DNA of 64,000 nt, from positions 128,001-192,000 of the forward strand of contig CAVQMO010000003.1 of assembly GCA_963713605.1 (NCBI GenBank), written 5' to 3'. The notes under the pieces were generated by a model. The model worked only from the letters and a program-made list of their open reading frames with translations, made no database searches and had not been told where the DNA came from. Position numbers and translations under genes: made by a program. The DNA comes from an uncultured Nitrososphaerales archaeon. Lineage in GTDB: Archaea; Thermoproteota; Nitrososphaeria; Nitrososphaerales; Nitrososphaeraceae. This document shows positions 43,634 through 54,589 of the stretch, piece by piece; the stretch's first letter is position 1; each line of letters opens with the position of its first letter.

Positions 43634-44651
43634 TTATGTTGATAATACTAATTTCAACATTTGAGAAGCTTGCTCAATCGCACCTCTTGGTGCCGGATCA
43701 TCAGTAATTGTATTCAACATCACAAAGTCATGAATGGTACCATGATATCGAACAGCAGTAACACGAACACCTGCCTCCAATAGCTTGAGCGCATACGCTT
43801 CACCCTCATCACAAAGTACATCATTCTCGCCGTTTATAATAAGTGCTGGCGGCAAACCACTTAGTTGGTCAATTGAAGTCTGAAGTGGAGAGACTTTTGG
43901 GTCCTTTAAATTGGTCTGATCGGAAGTGTAATTTTTCCAGAACCATTTCATTGCCTCGCGGGTAAGCCAGTACCCTTGTTCGTATTTCATATAAGAAGGT
44001 GTATCAAAGCTGGCATCAGTAACTGGATAGAAAAGCACTTGGAATCTAATTGAGGGTCCTCCACGTTCCTTGGCAAGCAATGTAAGGGCGAGCAGTAAGA
44101 TTACCTCCTACACTATCTCCAAGCACAGCCATACGAGACGGATCCACATTGATGGATTTACCATTTTGAGCGACCCATTTTGTAGCAGTATATGCCTGCT
44201 CCAGGGCAATAGGATATTTTGCTTCAGGAGACGGGGTGTAGTTAACAAAAACAATGGCAACGTTCGCCTTGTTAGCAAGCTCTCTAACCAATCTCTCATG
44301 GGTATCAAATCCACCAAGAACCCATCCACCCCCATGGATGTGTATAACAACGGGTAACATTTCATGGCCGCTATCTGTAGGTCGGACTATGGTGATAGAT
44401 ACATTTTTCCCGTCTGGACCATCTGAGATAGTACGATTCTCTATATCAGCGGGAAGCTTTTGGACAGGAACACTCGCCTGAAGTGTAGATAATACTTCAC
44501 GAGCCTTTTCTGGTGACAAAGTGTAAATTGGTGGTCCTCCTTGGTCCTTCAGGTCATTTAAAAGAGCTCGAGCGTTCTGTTCAAGCTCTCTGTATTGGCT
44601 TTTACTCATAGAGAGTAAAAATGGTCTCTGGTTATTACGGCTTTCGTTCAT
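43634..44651 (-). CDS. Hormone-sensitive-lipase-family esterase, +1 frameshift near 44090
   Basis: HGGGW, GDSVGG, DVL.DEG, HDF; removing one base gives GGNLTAALTLLAKERGGP. Confidence 0.9.
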
Positions 44652-45070
44652 GCCGAAAGCAATTTAATGTATTCCCATAGTCTTTATTGCATATGACTAT
44701 GCCAAAAATTGGATACCAAACACAATAATCTCGGTGGCCATTTTATCCCCTGATAGAACAATACCATTTGAAAACAATTAATTCCGCAATAACTCCCTGC
44801 ATCTACCATACTCAGTAGCTAAAGTTAGAAACAAACCTCTGGTGAACTTTGTAATTAAGTGCGTTGATAATTATAGCCCAAGTATATTCCAAGTCCTTTG
44901 GAGATAGATAATGAAAACTAAACGGACATAACCTGATTCGTTAATTCCAATTCCTTCTTTCAACATGCACAGATGGTTATATCCTTCACCATTATAATAT
45001 ACTATTATATTATTTATAAATAAGGGTGGTACTTCCTTATCTTAATCCATAAAAGCAACCATACATTCCT

Positions 45071-45124
45071 AAAGTAGCAGTTATAAGAAGTCCAAGCGGC
45101 ATAGGATATGAAACATCTCTTTTG
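45071..45124 (+). pseudogene. Tiny SDR N-terminal remnant
   Basis: KVAVIRSPSGIGYETSLL, similar at DNA level to 48802-48855 of the SDR pseudogene. Confidence 0.5.
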
Positions 45125-45415
45125 AGAGAAGCTAATTTGCAATTTAAGAAATAGAAAGTCTGACGTCAATGATCTATAAACTCGGGAAATCCACCACCTA
45201 TCGATACAAAGACATCCCCGTCCAATACACTAAAGTTTAGTTTTCCATTTGATGTATTTATTAATGCTATATCAGTTGTGCAAATCTGATTATACAATGA
45301 GCGTACATGATTCATCACGATCTTAATCATTATTTTCTTGAGATCGCGAAGAAGTAATCTTGAATCTTCTGACGAATCAGCTAATGCTAATTAATTAGGG
45401 TGATAACAAAAAGAC

Positions 45416-47002
45416 ATGCAAAAAGTTGAGAAGCACTATACTTCTCCTTGGATAACACTTGCAATATTGAGCGGCCTGGGAATTGTCGCAATGTCTTCTG
45501 AAACTACGGTCCTGCCAGCCATTCCAGAGATCATTGTAGATCTTGGCATTTCCTATGAAGATTCATCTTGGATACTCGCTGCTCCTTTGGTCACGGGAGC
45601 TGTTATGACTCCGATTGCAGGTAAGTTGTCAGATACCTACGGCAAAAAGAGAATACTGCTGATAATTTTTGGGATTTTCATATTAGGCTTTTTGGTAGGA
45701 GCTTTTACAACCAATTTTCTTACCCTTATTGTGGCTAGGGTGATGATGGGAATTGGCATATCGATATTTCCTATAGCCTTTAGCATTATAAGAGATAAAT
45801 TTCCCCCAGAGAAGCTCGCAATAGGTCAGGGCATATTTAGCTCCACTTTATCTGGCGGTGCTGTGATAGGTTTGGTAATAGGTGGAGGAATAGTTGAGAA
45901 CTATGGATGGCGTGCAATATTCTTATTCATGCTGCCAGTTACTGCAATGCTCTTTGTAGTAATCGCAAAATTTGTACACGTAAAGGAAGTCGAACAACAA
46001 CAGTTGATTTCAAATAAAGGCTCCGAATTTTGTTGTACATTTACTCATGTCCGGAAAGATATATTATTAACAGAGAATACTAATGCATATACTGTTGCAG
46101 GTATTAATAACGAAGACGCAAGACCAAGCAAGAGTTTAGACATAAAAGGAGCACTGACGCTATCGATTACAATAGTCTTATTTCTTGTCACGCTTCAACT
46201 TTTTGAAAATGATACCTCGTCAAACAATTTTATACAAATTATCTTGTTTTCAACCGTATCAGTTATCTCTCTAATTCTGTTTGTAAGAACAGAAAAGAAA
46301 GCACCTTTTCCGTTGATTGATTTCAAGTTGCTTAGAAACAAAACCATACTTTCTGCAAATATAATTAATATGATTGTGGGCCTCACTGCATTAATGGTGG
46401 TATATCAGGCTCTGCCTATTTTAATTCAAAGTCCACCGCCATCAGGGTTTGGAGGCAATGCATCAAGTATAGCACAGGTTCAACTGCCATATATGATAGT
46501 GTCATTGATATTCTCTGTAGCATCTGGTTTTGTAGTATCTAAATTCGGAAATCTTAAGCCTACTACAATAGGGACCATTATTACTTCAGTAGGTTTTTTC
46601 ATCCTTTTTATGTTTCATTCTACAGAAGCCTCAATCGCTACCGTGCTTATCCTGGTGGCTATTGGACTAGCCTTGATGCAGATTGGTTCAGTAAATGTCG
46701 TGCTGACGTCAACTCCAAAACAATACAGCGGAGTATCATTAGGGATGAATCTACTAATATATCTTATAGGGGCCTCTGTGGGACCAGTAATTGCTGGAAC
46801 GTTTATGCAAGCAAACCAGATATCTATAGAATCTGAGACAAATAATATTTCAGCCTCATTCCCATCTCCAGAATCGTATGATCTAACATTCCTTGCTGCT
46901 GTGTTGATTGCCCTAATATCAATCGTATTTGCAATGCTACTCGTTAGTAGTACTAAAAACAAGAAGGGAGACACTAGAGAACTGGGAATTCTAAGTAAAT
47001 GA
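45416..47002 (+). CDS. MFS transporter, DHA2/EmrB-like (about 14 TM)
   Basis: GKLSDTYGKK motif A, ARVMMGIG, GWRAIF, PLIDFKLL. Confidence 0.9.
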   Translation: MQKVEKHYTSPWITLAILSGLGIVAMSSETTVLPAIPEIIVDLGISYEDSSWILAAPLVTGAVMTPIAGKLSDTYGKKRILLIIFGIFILGFLVGAFTTNFLTLIVARVMMGIGISIFPIAFSIIRDKFPPEKLAIGQGIFSSTLSGGAVIGLVIGGGIVENYGWRAIFLFMLPVTAMLFVVIAKFVHVKEVEQQQLISNKGSEFCCTFTHVRKDILLTENTNAYTVAGINNEDARPSKSLDIKGALTLSITIVLFLVTLQLFENDTSSNNFIQIILFSTVSVISLILFVRTEKKAPFPLIDFKLLRNKTILSANIINMIVGLTALMVVYQALPILIQSPPPSGFGGNASSIAQVQLPYMIVSLIFSVASGFVVSKFGNLKPTTIGTIITSVGFFILFMFHSTEASIATVLILVAIGLALMQIGSVNVVLTSTPKQYSGVSLGMNLLIYLIGASVGPVIAGTFMQANQISIESETNNISASFPSPESYDLTFLAAVLIALISIVFAMLLVSSTKNKKGDTRELGILSK

Positions 47003-47415
47003 ATGATTCTAAATATGTTAGCAACAGTGTTGCAAACTTAATTGGAGACAAAATTCGTATGGAACAACTCTTACTCATCACTTCATTCCCAATGTTCAAG
47101 GACATACTAGCCTATCCTAGAGGTTTAGATTTAATCCAATCTCATATTAATACGAATAGATTGAGGATGGCTATTCCAGAATTATTCCTGATTTTTTTAA
47201 AAAAATGATTCTAGATATTCAATAAAATTAAAGAATTCTGGTAACAAGGAGCGGTAAATAATACTCTGCTTTTAACAATATAGCCTTATCATTCTGTAAG
47301 ATATAGTGTGTGTAGCGAATGTCGAGAGTATTTTCTTCTGCTCCTCTATTTCTATCCTAAATTTAGAACAAAATTTTTCGGACATAAGGTATCAATTATG
47401 AATGAAATAGTTTAA

Positions 47416-47541
47416 CTACTTTAGAAGCGAGGAAACTTGACCGTCACTCATTGCTGGTAGACCATCAATTACATGCCAAGTTTCCAGCATTTTCCCGTTT
47501 CGAAGCCGGTAAATGCTCATCCCTCTGTAATTAATTTTCTG
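47416..47541 (-). pseudogene. SnoaL/ester-cyclase C-terminal remnant
   Basis: QKINYRGMSIYRLRNGKMLETWHVID. Confidence 0.55.
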
Positions 47542-47659
47542 CGAATTTGATGAATGTCAGAGTCATTGGCGCTGGATTTAATTTCTGCATTTCTTATGAG
47601 ATGGGAGTGTGTAACAAGCAGATTTTGGTCTAACTTCTAGAAAATATGTAGTAATATAA

Positions 47660-47914
47660 GTACGTACTTATAGTCAGGTCATTCCGACCCGAGCTATCGC
47701 TTCGCACGCTCTCACATATTGACCAATTTTTACTTTTGAACTATTGTAGCTTATACTGACAAAAGTTACTATTCCATCTGCTGCAGCAAGAACAGGTATT
47801 TCTACATCAACTACAAAATCAATCGCATTTCGAAGATTCCCCAAATGAGCTTGCGCTGTAACTGATTCTTCGGTACAGGCAGCTTATATCTATCAATAGC
47901 ACTTTTACTAACAT
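47660..47914 (-). pseudogene. M23 peptidase remnant with internal deletions
   Basis: YKLPVPK / AHLGNLRNAIDFVVDVEIPVLAAADGIVTFV...VKIGQYVRACEAIARVGMT*. Confidence 0.7.
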
Positions 47915-47980
47915 GGTTTTATTTTCTACTATTACTACTGTTCCAATCAATCCTGTCTTGATGTCGACCATTTTATGTAT

Positions 47981-48244
47981 TCATTGACCGAAATATCCTG
48001 GACGGTCTCTCTTATATTTCGAGTTCAGTTCTTGTTCAGTAATCTTTAGTTTTACTTTTCCGTCTTGATACTCTTCCAATAGTTCTCTATCCAACCTATA
48101 ATATCTGGCATGGATTATCTTATCTTTCACAACAAATTGGTCATTTTCTAGTCCATCTACATGACCCACATGCTTGTCATCACTTGTATAAACGGGTTTC
48201 GTTATTATTTCACCCCAATCAAAATCTCGTTCATCCGAATTCAT
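47981..48244 (-). CDS. Small PRC-barrel-like protein
   Basis: KPVYTSDDKHVGHVDGL...GKVKLKITEQEL; start likely MNSDERD. Confidence 0.7.
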   Translation of the reverse strand: MNSDERDFDWGEIITKPVYTSDDKHVGHVDGLENDQFVVKDKIIHARYYRLDRELLEEYQDGKVKLKITEQELNSKYKRDRPGYFGQ

Positions 48245-48777
48245 AAGTACATTTATTTGCATAACCTAATATAGCCTCTCGGGTAACACAATAATTTTCT
48301 GCATATATATTGTAACTTTATCTCAGATCGTATCGGATCGAAGCGTGGGATATACTTTAAATTTCATGAAAGTAAATTATGTCAGTTAGATAGTCACATG
48401 AATGTCTTATTTATCCAACAATCTCTTCATACAGCAAATTCATCAACATAAAATAATTCTCTATTTCTGAAATAGATAATTCTCTATGACAATTATGACA
48501 GTATATTGGATCTTTCAATTCATTTCCCCACATCTTTGACTTAGATATCGTGGCTCTCCATTTACTGTTGCAACCATACGCTATAACTCACCATATTCGC
48601 CACTTCTTTACATTTCATATGTGACTCGTCTTACATAAGGCTTTACTTAGAGATTTATATAAATGATGAATACCAGGATCTGTGAATGCACACAAATCCA
48701 TAGTTAATTCATCACATGTCCTCGTCCATATGATTAATGGTAGAAGTACCATCAGGTTCAGCGAGCTTGTAGTCGTC

Positions 48778-49371
48778 ATGACAGCTAGTCATGATCTGAG
48801 AATTGCAGTTGTAACAGGCAGCTCAAGTGGAATAGGATACGAAACATCTCTTCTGTTAGCAAGAAATCAAATCACAACATATGCGACTATGAGAAATATG
48901 AGCAAGAGCAACGGGTCAAGAGAAATTGCTTCCAAGGAAAAAATTCCACTAAACGTAGCTCAATTGGATGTAAATAATGACCCATCAGTAGAGAGTGCAA
49001 TAGATTTCATTATCAAAGAAAATGCTAAGATAGATTTGTTGGTTAATAATGCAGGCTAAGACTTGTTTGGTTCTCTTGAAGAATTGAGTATTGATGAGAT
49101 AAAGCAATTTGAAACAAATTTCTTTGTTGTAATAAGAGTTACGAAAGCCGTGATACCAACAATGAGAAAACAGCGTGGAGGTACCATCGTTAATATGAGT
49201 TCAATTGGTGGAAGAATTGGATTATTTCCATTCGAAACTGTTTACCATGCAAGCAAGTTTGCCTTAGAAGATTCATATCCTAACTATCACTTACTAGACC
49301 CAAATGTACAGGACCGATTCATATACAATACAATACGTCTAGTAGTGGTAGTAGTAGTAGCAATTAACTGA
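48778..49371 (+). pseudogene. Short-chain dehydrogenase/reductase pseudogene
   Basis: TGSSSGIG, LVNNAG then TAA (49057), YHASK, then homology is lost. Confidence 0.9.
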
Positions 49372-50178
49372 TCAAGACATAGAAATGCAATGCTAGAGAA
49401 AGCATACACAGTATTAAGTGAGAACGTAGTAAGGAAGAAACAATTAGTTCCGACATACGGTTATAAGCACTATGAAGAGACTGGAAAAGACGATATCATT
49501 AGTTCATCCAACAGTCAACGAAAAGCTATCTCTAAAGCGACTTGCTAAGGGCTATCAATGGACTGAGATGCATCGACATAATGCCAGAGAAGCTCAAAAG
49601 CGACGTTATCTTACATAATCACATCCACTTAAAGGTTCTAACTGACCTCTGGATTGGTGTGCACATATTTCTGAGGCACTATTGAGATACTATAAAAAGA
49701 ATCCTGTGTGGAACAAAGGCATACATATCCATAGCGAAGAGACAAGGAGCGCCGCATCAGTGAATCATGCAAAAAATTAGGAGTTGGTAAATTCAATAAG
49801 TATAAGAAAAGGAAGAGAGAGGTGATTTTATAGGCAAGGTTAGACAAAGAAGCAACATCGCACGATGAGGTCAGCTATAGTAAGCTAACTCCAGAACAGC
49901 GTGATGGTATAAGCAAGAACCAGTGCCCCTACTGCAAAAATCTTATCACATAAGACAACGTAACATCAAAATTAAGATACTGTTTTGATGTACTACCTAC
50001 TCAACTAGGGAACAGATATTAGGGTCGTTCATAATTCATTATTCTCCTTTATGGATTAGGTTTTGGATATACAACTTAAATTGGAATACAAGAGCTGAAT
50101 CAATTCTATTAATGATCACGCTTATCAGTACATCATCCCGACCCTGATACGTCATATGTATTGTGAATACTCTTTTGA

Positions 50179-50961
50179 TTATTGAGTCTTTTTGACAGGG
50201 AACTTGCTGCAACTCCCGCAGCAAAAAATAGTTGCGCCGACTATTATGACAAGGGGTCCTGCTGGAACATTCACGTAGCTTGATAAGGTGACACCCAATG
50301 TTGCACTGGCCAGGCCGAAGATAGCGCTCATGAGGGAATAGTGGGAGAGGGTGGAGCTGATATTCTTTGCCGCAGCTGCAGGAACTATCACTAGAGCTCC
50401 CACTAGCAGCGTTCCAACCTCTTTTATTCCGACTGCAACTATTGCGGCAACTAGGAAGAGATAGATCAAATTGATTCTCTCGACCTTTATCCTGCTTGCG
50501 ATGGCGAGTTCTTTAGAAATCATGCTCACAACCAGTTTCTCGTAAATTGTCCTCGTAATTAAAAGCACACATACAGATACTAAAACTGTAATTATTGTGT
50601 CGGTGAGAGTTAGTTTGGAAACATCACCAAACAATGCCTCGAGTAGATCTACTTTTGGTGTGATAAGTATCCCTATCGCAAGTGCCAAGACGAATAGTAC
50701 TCCTATGATTGCCTCCACCGAGAGAGATGTTGATTTTTGAAGATACCAAGTGACAATCACTGTTGCTGCTAAGAATGCAAAAGCACCAATGAACGGATTG
50801 AAGTTGAACAGTATTCCAAGTGCAACACCTGGGAGAGCAACATGAGAAAGCGCATCACCGACCAGTGACATGTGCCTTGATACCATGATCGAGCCAAGAT
50901 AACCTGCAGTTAATCCTACAAATATGCCCACTATAAGTCCAAAAGTAATAGTGTCCGGCAA
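50179..50961 (-). CDS. znuB: Mn/Zn ABC transporter permease
   Basis: GDALSHVALPG, LFGDV, VGTLLVGALVIVPAAAA, PAGP. Confidence 0.9.
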   Translation of the reverse strand: MPDTITFGLIVGIFVGLTAGYLGSIMVSRHMSLVGDALSHVALPGVALGILFNFNPFIGAFAFLAATVIVTWYLQKSTSLSVEAIIGVLFVLALAIGILITPKVDLLEALFGDVSKLTLTDTIITVLVSVCVLLITRTIYEKLVVSMISKELAIASRIKVERINLIYLFLVAAIVAVGIKEVGTLLVGALVIVPAAAAKNISSTLSHYSLMSAIFGLASATLGVTLSSYVNVPAGPLVIIVGATIFCCGSCSKFPVKKTQ

Positions 50962-50971
50962 TAAGTATCAC

Positions 50972-51703
50972 CTACTCCTTATAATACTCCTCCTCCGATA
51001 GAGCGAACTCATTTCCATATATTATGTTCAACAGCTGCGAATGAGTGAGGCTCTTTGCATCACCGAAGAACAACGCTTGCTTATTTAGGGCTAACACGTA
51101 GTCGGCGTAGTGCATCACAACATGCATATTGTGAGTAATGAGTAGAATCGTTATTCCAACTTCTTTTTTTAGAGAATTTACCTTATCGTAGATCGGTTCC
51201 TCAGCGCCTATGTCTACACCAGAGGTAGGTTCATCGAACAGGAGCACATTTGGGTCGTCAACGATAGCCCAAGCGATCAGAAGACGCTGGAGCTCTCCTC
51301 CTGAAAGTGATCCAAGGCTTTGCCTGAGAATCTCCTTCTCCAGACCCACCGATCTTACGCATGCCTCTAGATCCGTCCTGCATTTGAATCTCAGAAACTC
51401 CTCGACCGATATGGGGAAATCCGTAGAGACTAGACTTTGAGGAACATAGCCCATTCTTACTTCATCGTTCCACCTTATCATTCCTGTGTATGGAATCAGA
51501 TTCAGTAGAGCTCTAAACAGAGTAGTCTTACCGCCTCCATTGGGACCAACGATTGCAAGTGATGTTCCTTTCTTCACTTTGAAGCTTATCTCTTTTAGAA
51601 TTGTCTTGTTCTGTGATCTGACGCCTAGCTCAGAGACGACCAGCATATCGCTCTTCCGAGACTGGTTAGAACCACTAGCCTGGGTTCTATGGACATCAGA
51701 CAT
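50972..51703 (-). CDS. znuC: Mn/Zn ABC transporter ATPase
   Basis: GPNGGGKTT, YVPQ, LSGGELQR, DEPTSGVD, ITH. Confidence 0.9.
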   Translation of the reverse strand: MSDVHRTQASGSNQSRKSDMLVVSELGVRSQNKTILKEISFKVKKGTSLAIVGPNGGGKTTLFRALLNLIPYTGMIRWNDEVRMGYVPQSLVSTDFPISVEEFLRFKCRTDLEACVRSVGLEKEILRQSLGSLSGGELQRLLIAWAIVDDPNVLLFDEPTSGVDIGAEEPIYDKVNSLKKEVGITILLITHNMHVVMHYADYVLALNKQALFFGDAKSLTHSQLLNIIYGNEFALSEEEYYKE

Positions 51704-52211
51704 CTTCAGTTGTTGATCCCTGTAGCGTAAAAGCCTTACTACCCTGTAATGTGTATCCCCAATAGGATAAAAAAACTAGAATCATGAATGCATGATCCAT
51801 ATTATTGTATGAACGATTGGAAGAAAAAGATCATGTCTGTAACAATCGGCGATGAATCCATTTAATACTACTATTTCTTGGTATATCACCTAGTCTAGAC
51901 GCTACTTGCTACGCCTCTTTCAGTCTAAAAAGTTTGTCACAGAACCGAGAAGCCACGCAGGAGTTGCATATGATAACCAGAATTGACAGTTGGTTCATAG
52001 ATCTTCAAGCTGCCATAGCCCCCTGTTCACTTCTGGACTTAGTTTGCCAGCTTTGATTGTGATTCTTGCCTCTTAGATAGTAAATGAGAATAGTTGAGGG
52101 CGTTTCGCAATGTACCGCGGCAGACTAACTATCGCCTTAATTAAATTTCCAGGTAACATAAGGCCAATGCAGACTATTTTGTTCTTTTCTTATCATATAC
52201 CAACTCGCACT

Positions 52212-52556
52212 TTATTCGTGAAGGAGCGATTGCCATTCTGCGGGTACCTGTCCAGCCGGTCCAGGTACGGGTTGGTCCAAGGGATGGGCGTGGGGGCCTG
52301 GTAGCTTAGGCCCGGTAAAGAAATCTCGTGTGCGGTAATCGTAGAACCAATTCTCCCCGTGCTCGAAGCTCGTGATAATGGGATGGCCGGTCTTCGCGTT
52401 GTGTTTTGAGGCATGTTGGCCTGGCGAGTTATCGCAACAGCCGATTCGCCCACATTCGGCGCATCTGCGGAGGTGTAGCCACCACCCGCTCGTTGCCAAG
52501 CAGTCAACGCAACCTGTACCGGTCGGTTTTGCTGTTGGATTGATACCCTCTCTCAA
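52212..52556 (-). CDS. UBP-type zinc-finger protein
   Basis: CVDC...WLHLRRCAECGRIGCCDNSPGQHASKH...GHPII. Confidence 0.9.
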   Translation of the reverse strand: MREGINPTAKPTGTGCVDCLATSGWWLHLRRCAECGRIGCCDNSPGQHASKHNAKTGHPIITSFEHGENWFYDYRTRDFFTGPKLPGPHAHPLDQPVPGPAGQVPAEWQSLLHE

Positions 52557-53479
52557 GTTTCATGGTCTCTCCTGTCTCATTTGTACCTAAACTGACTGTT
52601 GTAGTATATATCTATGTGAGATACAATTCGCCAGTATAACAAACAAGCCAACAGAACCAGTTTGTATTTGTACAAAACAACTAAGTCGCTATGTGTCTGC
52701 TAATATTCATGTGGTTTGGCAGGACGACAGTACCAGTCCTAGTGAAATATCCTACAGAAGGAAATGATGAGATATTATACAAAAGAAGTACTGGTGGCGG
52801 AGTTAACTAGGGCGAGTTGGTATAGAGCATTCGGCTGGTAAAGTAGATTGGTTATATGGAGGTGCGGGAGACGTGATCTTTGGAGAATTGCTCTCTGACT
52901 TAGACGATGACATTCCCCCTGATAGTGACGAGCTGCAGGGAGCACCAGATACGGTTTTTCCGTTAGATGAATCCGGAATTGAACCCATATTCATTGATCC
53001 TAATTCTTCTCCCTAGCACCACATTCCGATACATAAGCCACAGTTTACTAATATACTAAACCATTTGGAATAGTTCCTTTCTTATTTTGTGTTACTTCTA
53101 AGGATACCATAGTTACGAAATACTTTACAGACGGGACGCTGTCCCAAACTCTGATACAACCAGTAAAAGTAAGAAAGAACATTATGCAAGGAGGTAATAG
53201 CATAATTGAAGAGCAGACACTATACGAACGAGTTCCAGACCGCGAGGTATTGGAGGCATTTCTTCAATTCATGGACCTAAGATAGATAGGTATGGTAACT
53301 CAAACCGAAGGCCAAAAGTATCTAGTCGGCAAGGTGTCCTATCTTTGTTACTAATTCAAGAATAAGAGTCCACCTAGTTTTGGATTCAAGACTTTCAATC
53401 TTTAATCTCTATGAAATGATTAGTAGTAGATAAAAAATAAAATGTTGCTGTTTTAGTGTTTCAGAGAACTACCTATTGG

Positions 53480-53741
53480 TTACTTGCCGTTGCCGTTGCC
53501 AATCGATGGAAATTCTTGGGCACCTGCTAATGATGCTACGTTCTCATCGCCTTGCACCTGTGAGCCGACGTTCTCACATCCTACATTCAATGGTAGTTCA
53601 TCATTTCCACAAGCATTTGTTTGAGATATTGCTTGGTTCTTGTGATATTTGGTTGCATATGCGCTGTCTGCTGTTATTGCTGCCTGTTCCTACTAGCGTT
53701 GCTGCTATTACCATGACTATTGCGGCGTATTTGAAGCTCAT
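53480..53741 (-). CDS. Small secreted two-Cys Q/N-rich peptide (family member 4), +1 frameshift near 53683; not in ORF track
   Basis: MSFKYAAIVMVIAATLVGT/AAITADSAYATKYHKNQAISQTNACGNDELPLNVGCENVGSQVQGDENVASLAGAQEFPSIGNGNGK*. Confidence 0.85.
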
Positions 53742-54589
53742 GTTTCTGCCAATTTGTGGGCGTCTTATATTTATGTAGATTAAGCAAAATCAGGCGATTA
53801 CATAAATCTGATATTTATTATAGTAAAAGTGTAAATAAAGCAAAATGCAATTTTATTTAAGGGACTTACTCCGCGTCCTAGAATCCTTCCTTCTTTAAGC
53901 AGATCCAGAACATCATTTGCTTCTGATTAAGTTAGGACCACGTGTCCTAACATTCATTTGGTTTCCTTAACTGGTCTTGAGATTAAATATCTCGCACATA
54001 CCCAAGAAATAAGCACATTAAACGTTATCATTTCGGCACCATCTGACACCAAATGAGACTTAACAGCAAGTGATCGTTGCGGTTAAATTATAAAAGTAGA
54101 TAATCCTTAACTAAATAGGGTTAACTTAATGAATATAAGAAATTGAACCCAGTTCATACAAAACTCAAATCTTTGGATGCATTTTTATAAGAGTTTTACA
54201 TGTGAATAAAGCGTTTTGAAAGAAATATTAACTGCAAATATGCCTTTTCTTTATTAAGAAGTAAGTTAAGCATCAATATACTAAAGTAATAGAAGAAAGG
54301 TGTTTCTCACCAAATACAAGCACAAGAAATGTTAATAAGCATCTATTTTTGCCGTCCTTATCGATCAGTAATGTTCGATCGCTAGGTTTGAGCACAATCG
54401 GCAAGGACCATAATGATGTTCGCGATTTTGGATGATGTGAAGAAGTTAGTTGGTTTATCAACAAAAATGTTAAGGGTAGTTGGTTACTGGAATGGAAAAT
54501 TTGAGCCATCAACTTGATGATACTGGCATGTTCGTTATACTAGAACAGTATGTGGTAAACACAAAATTAGTCCACTACAGATGCGGAAG

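Noticed and set aside
49057..49059. Stop-codon readthrough in the SDR gene
   Set aside because: The codon is TAA (not TAG/TGA recoding) and the gene is also truncated downstream.
52966..53000. tRNA-like GGTTCAATTCC hairpin on the minus strand
   Set aside because: Single hairpin only; no cloverleaf.
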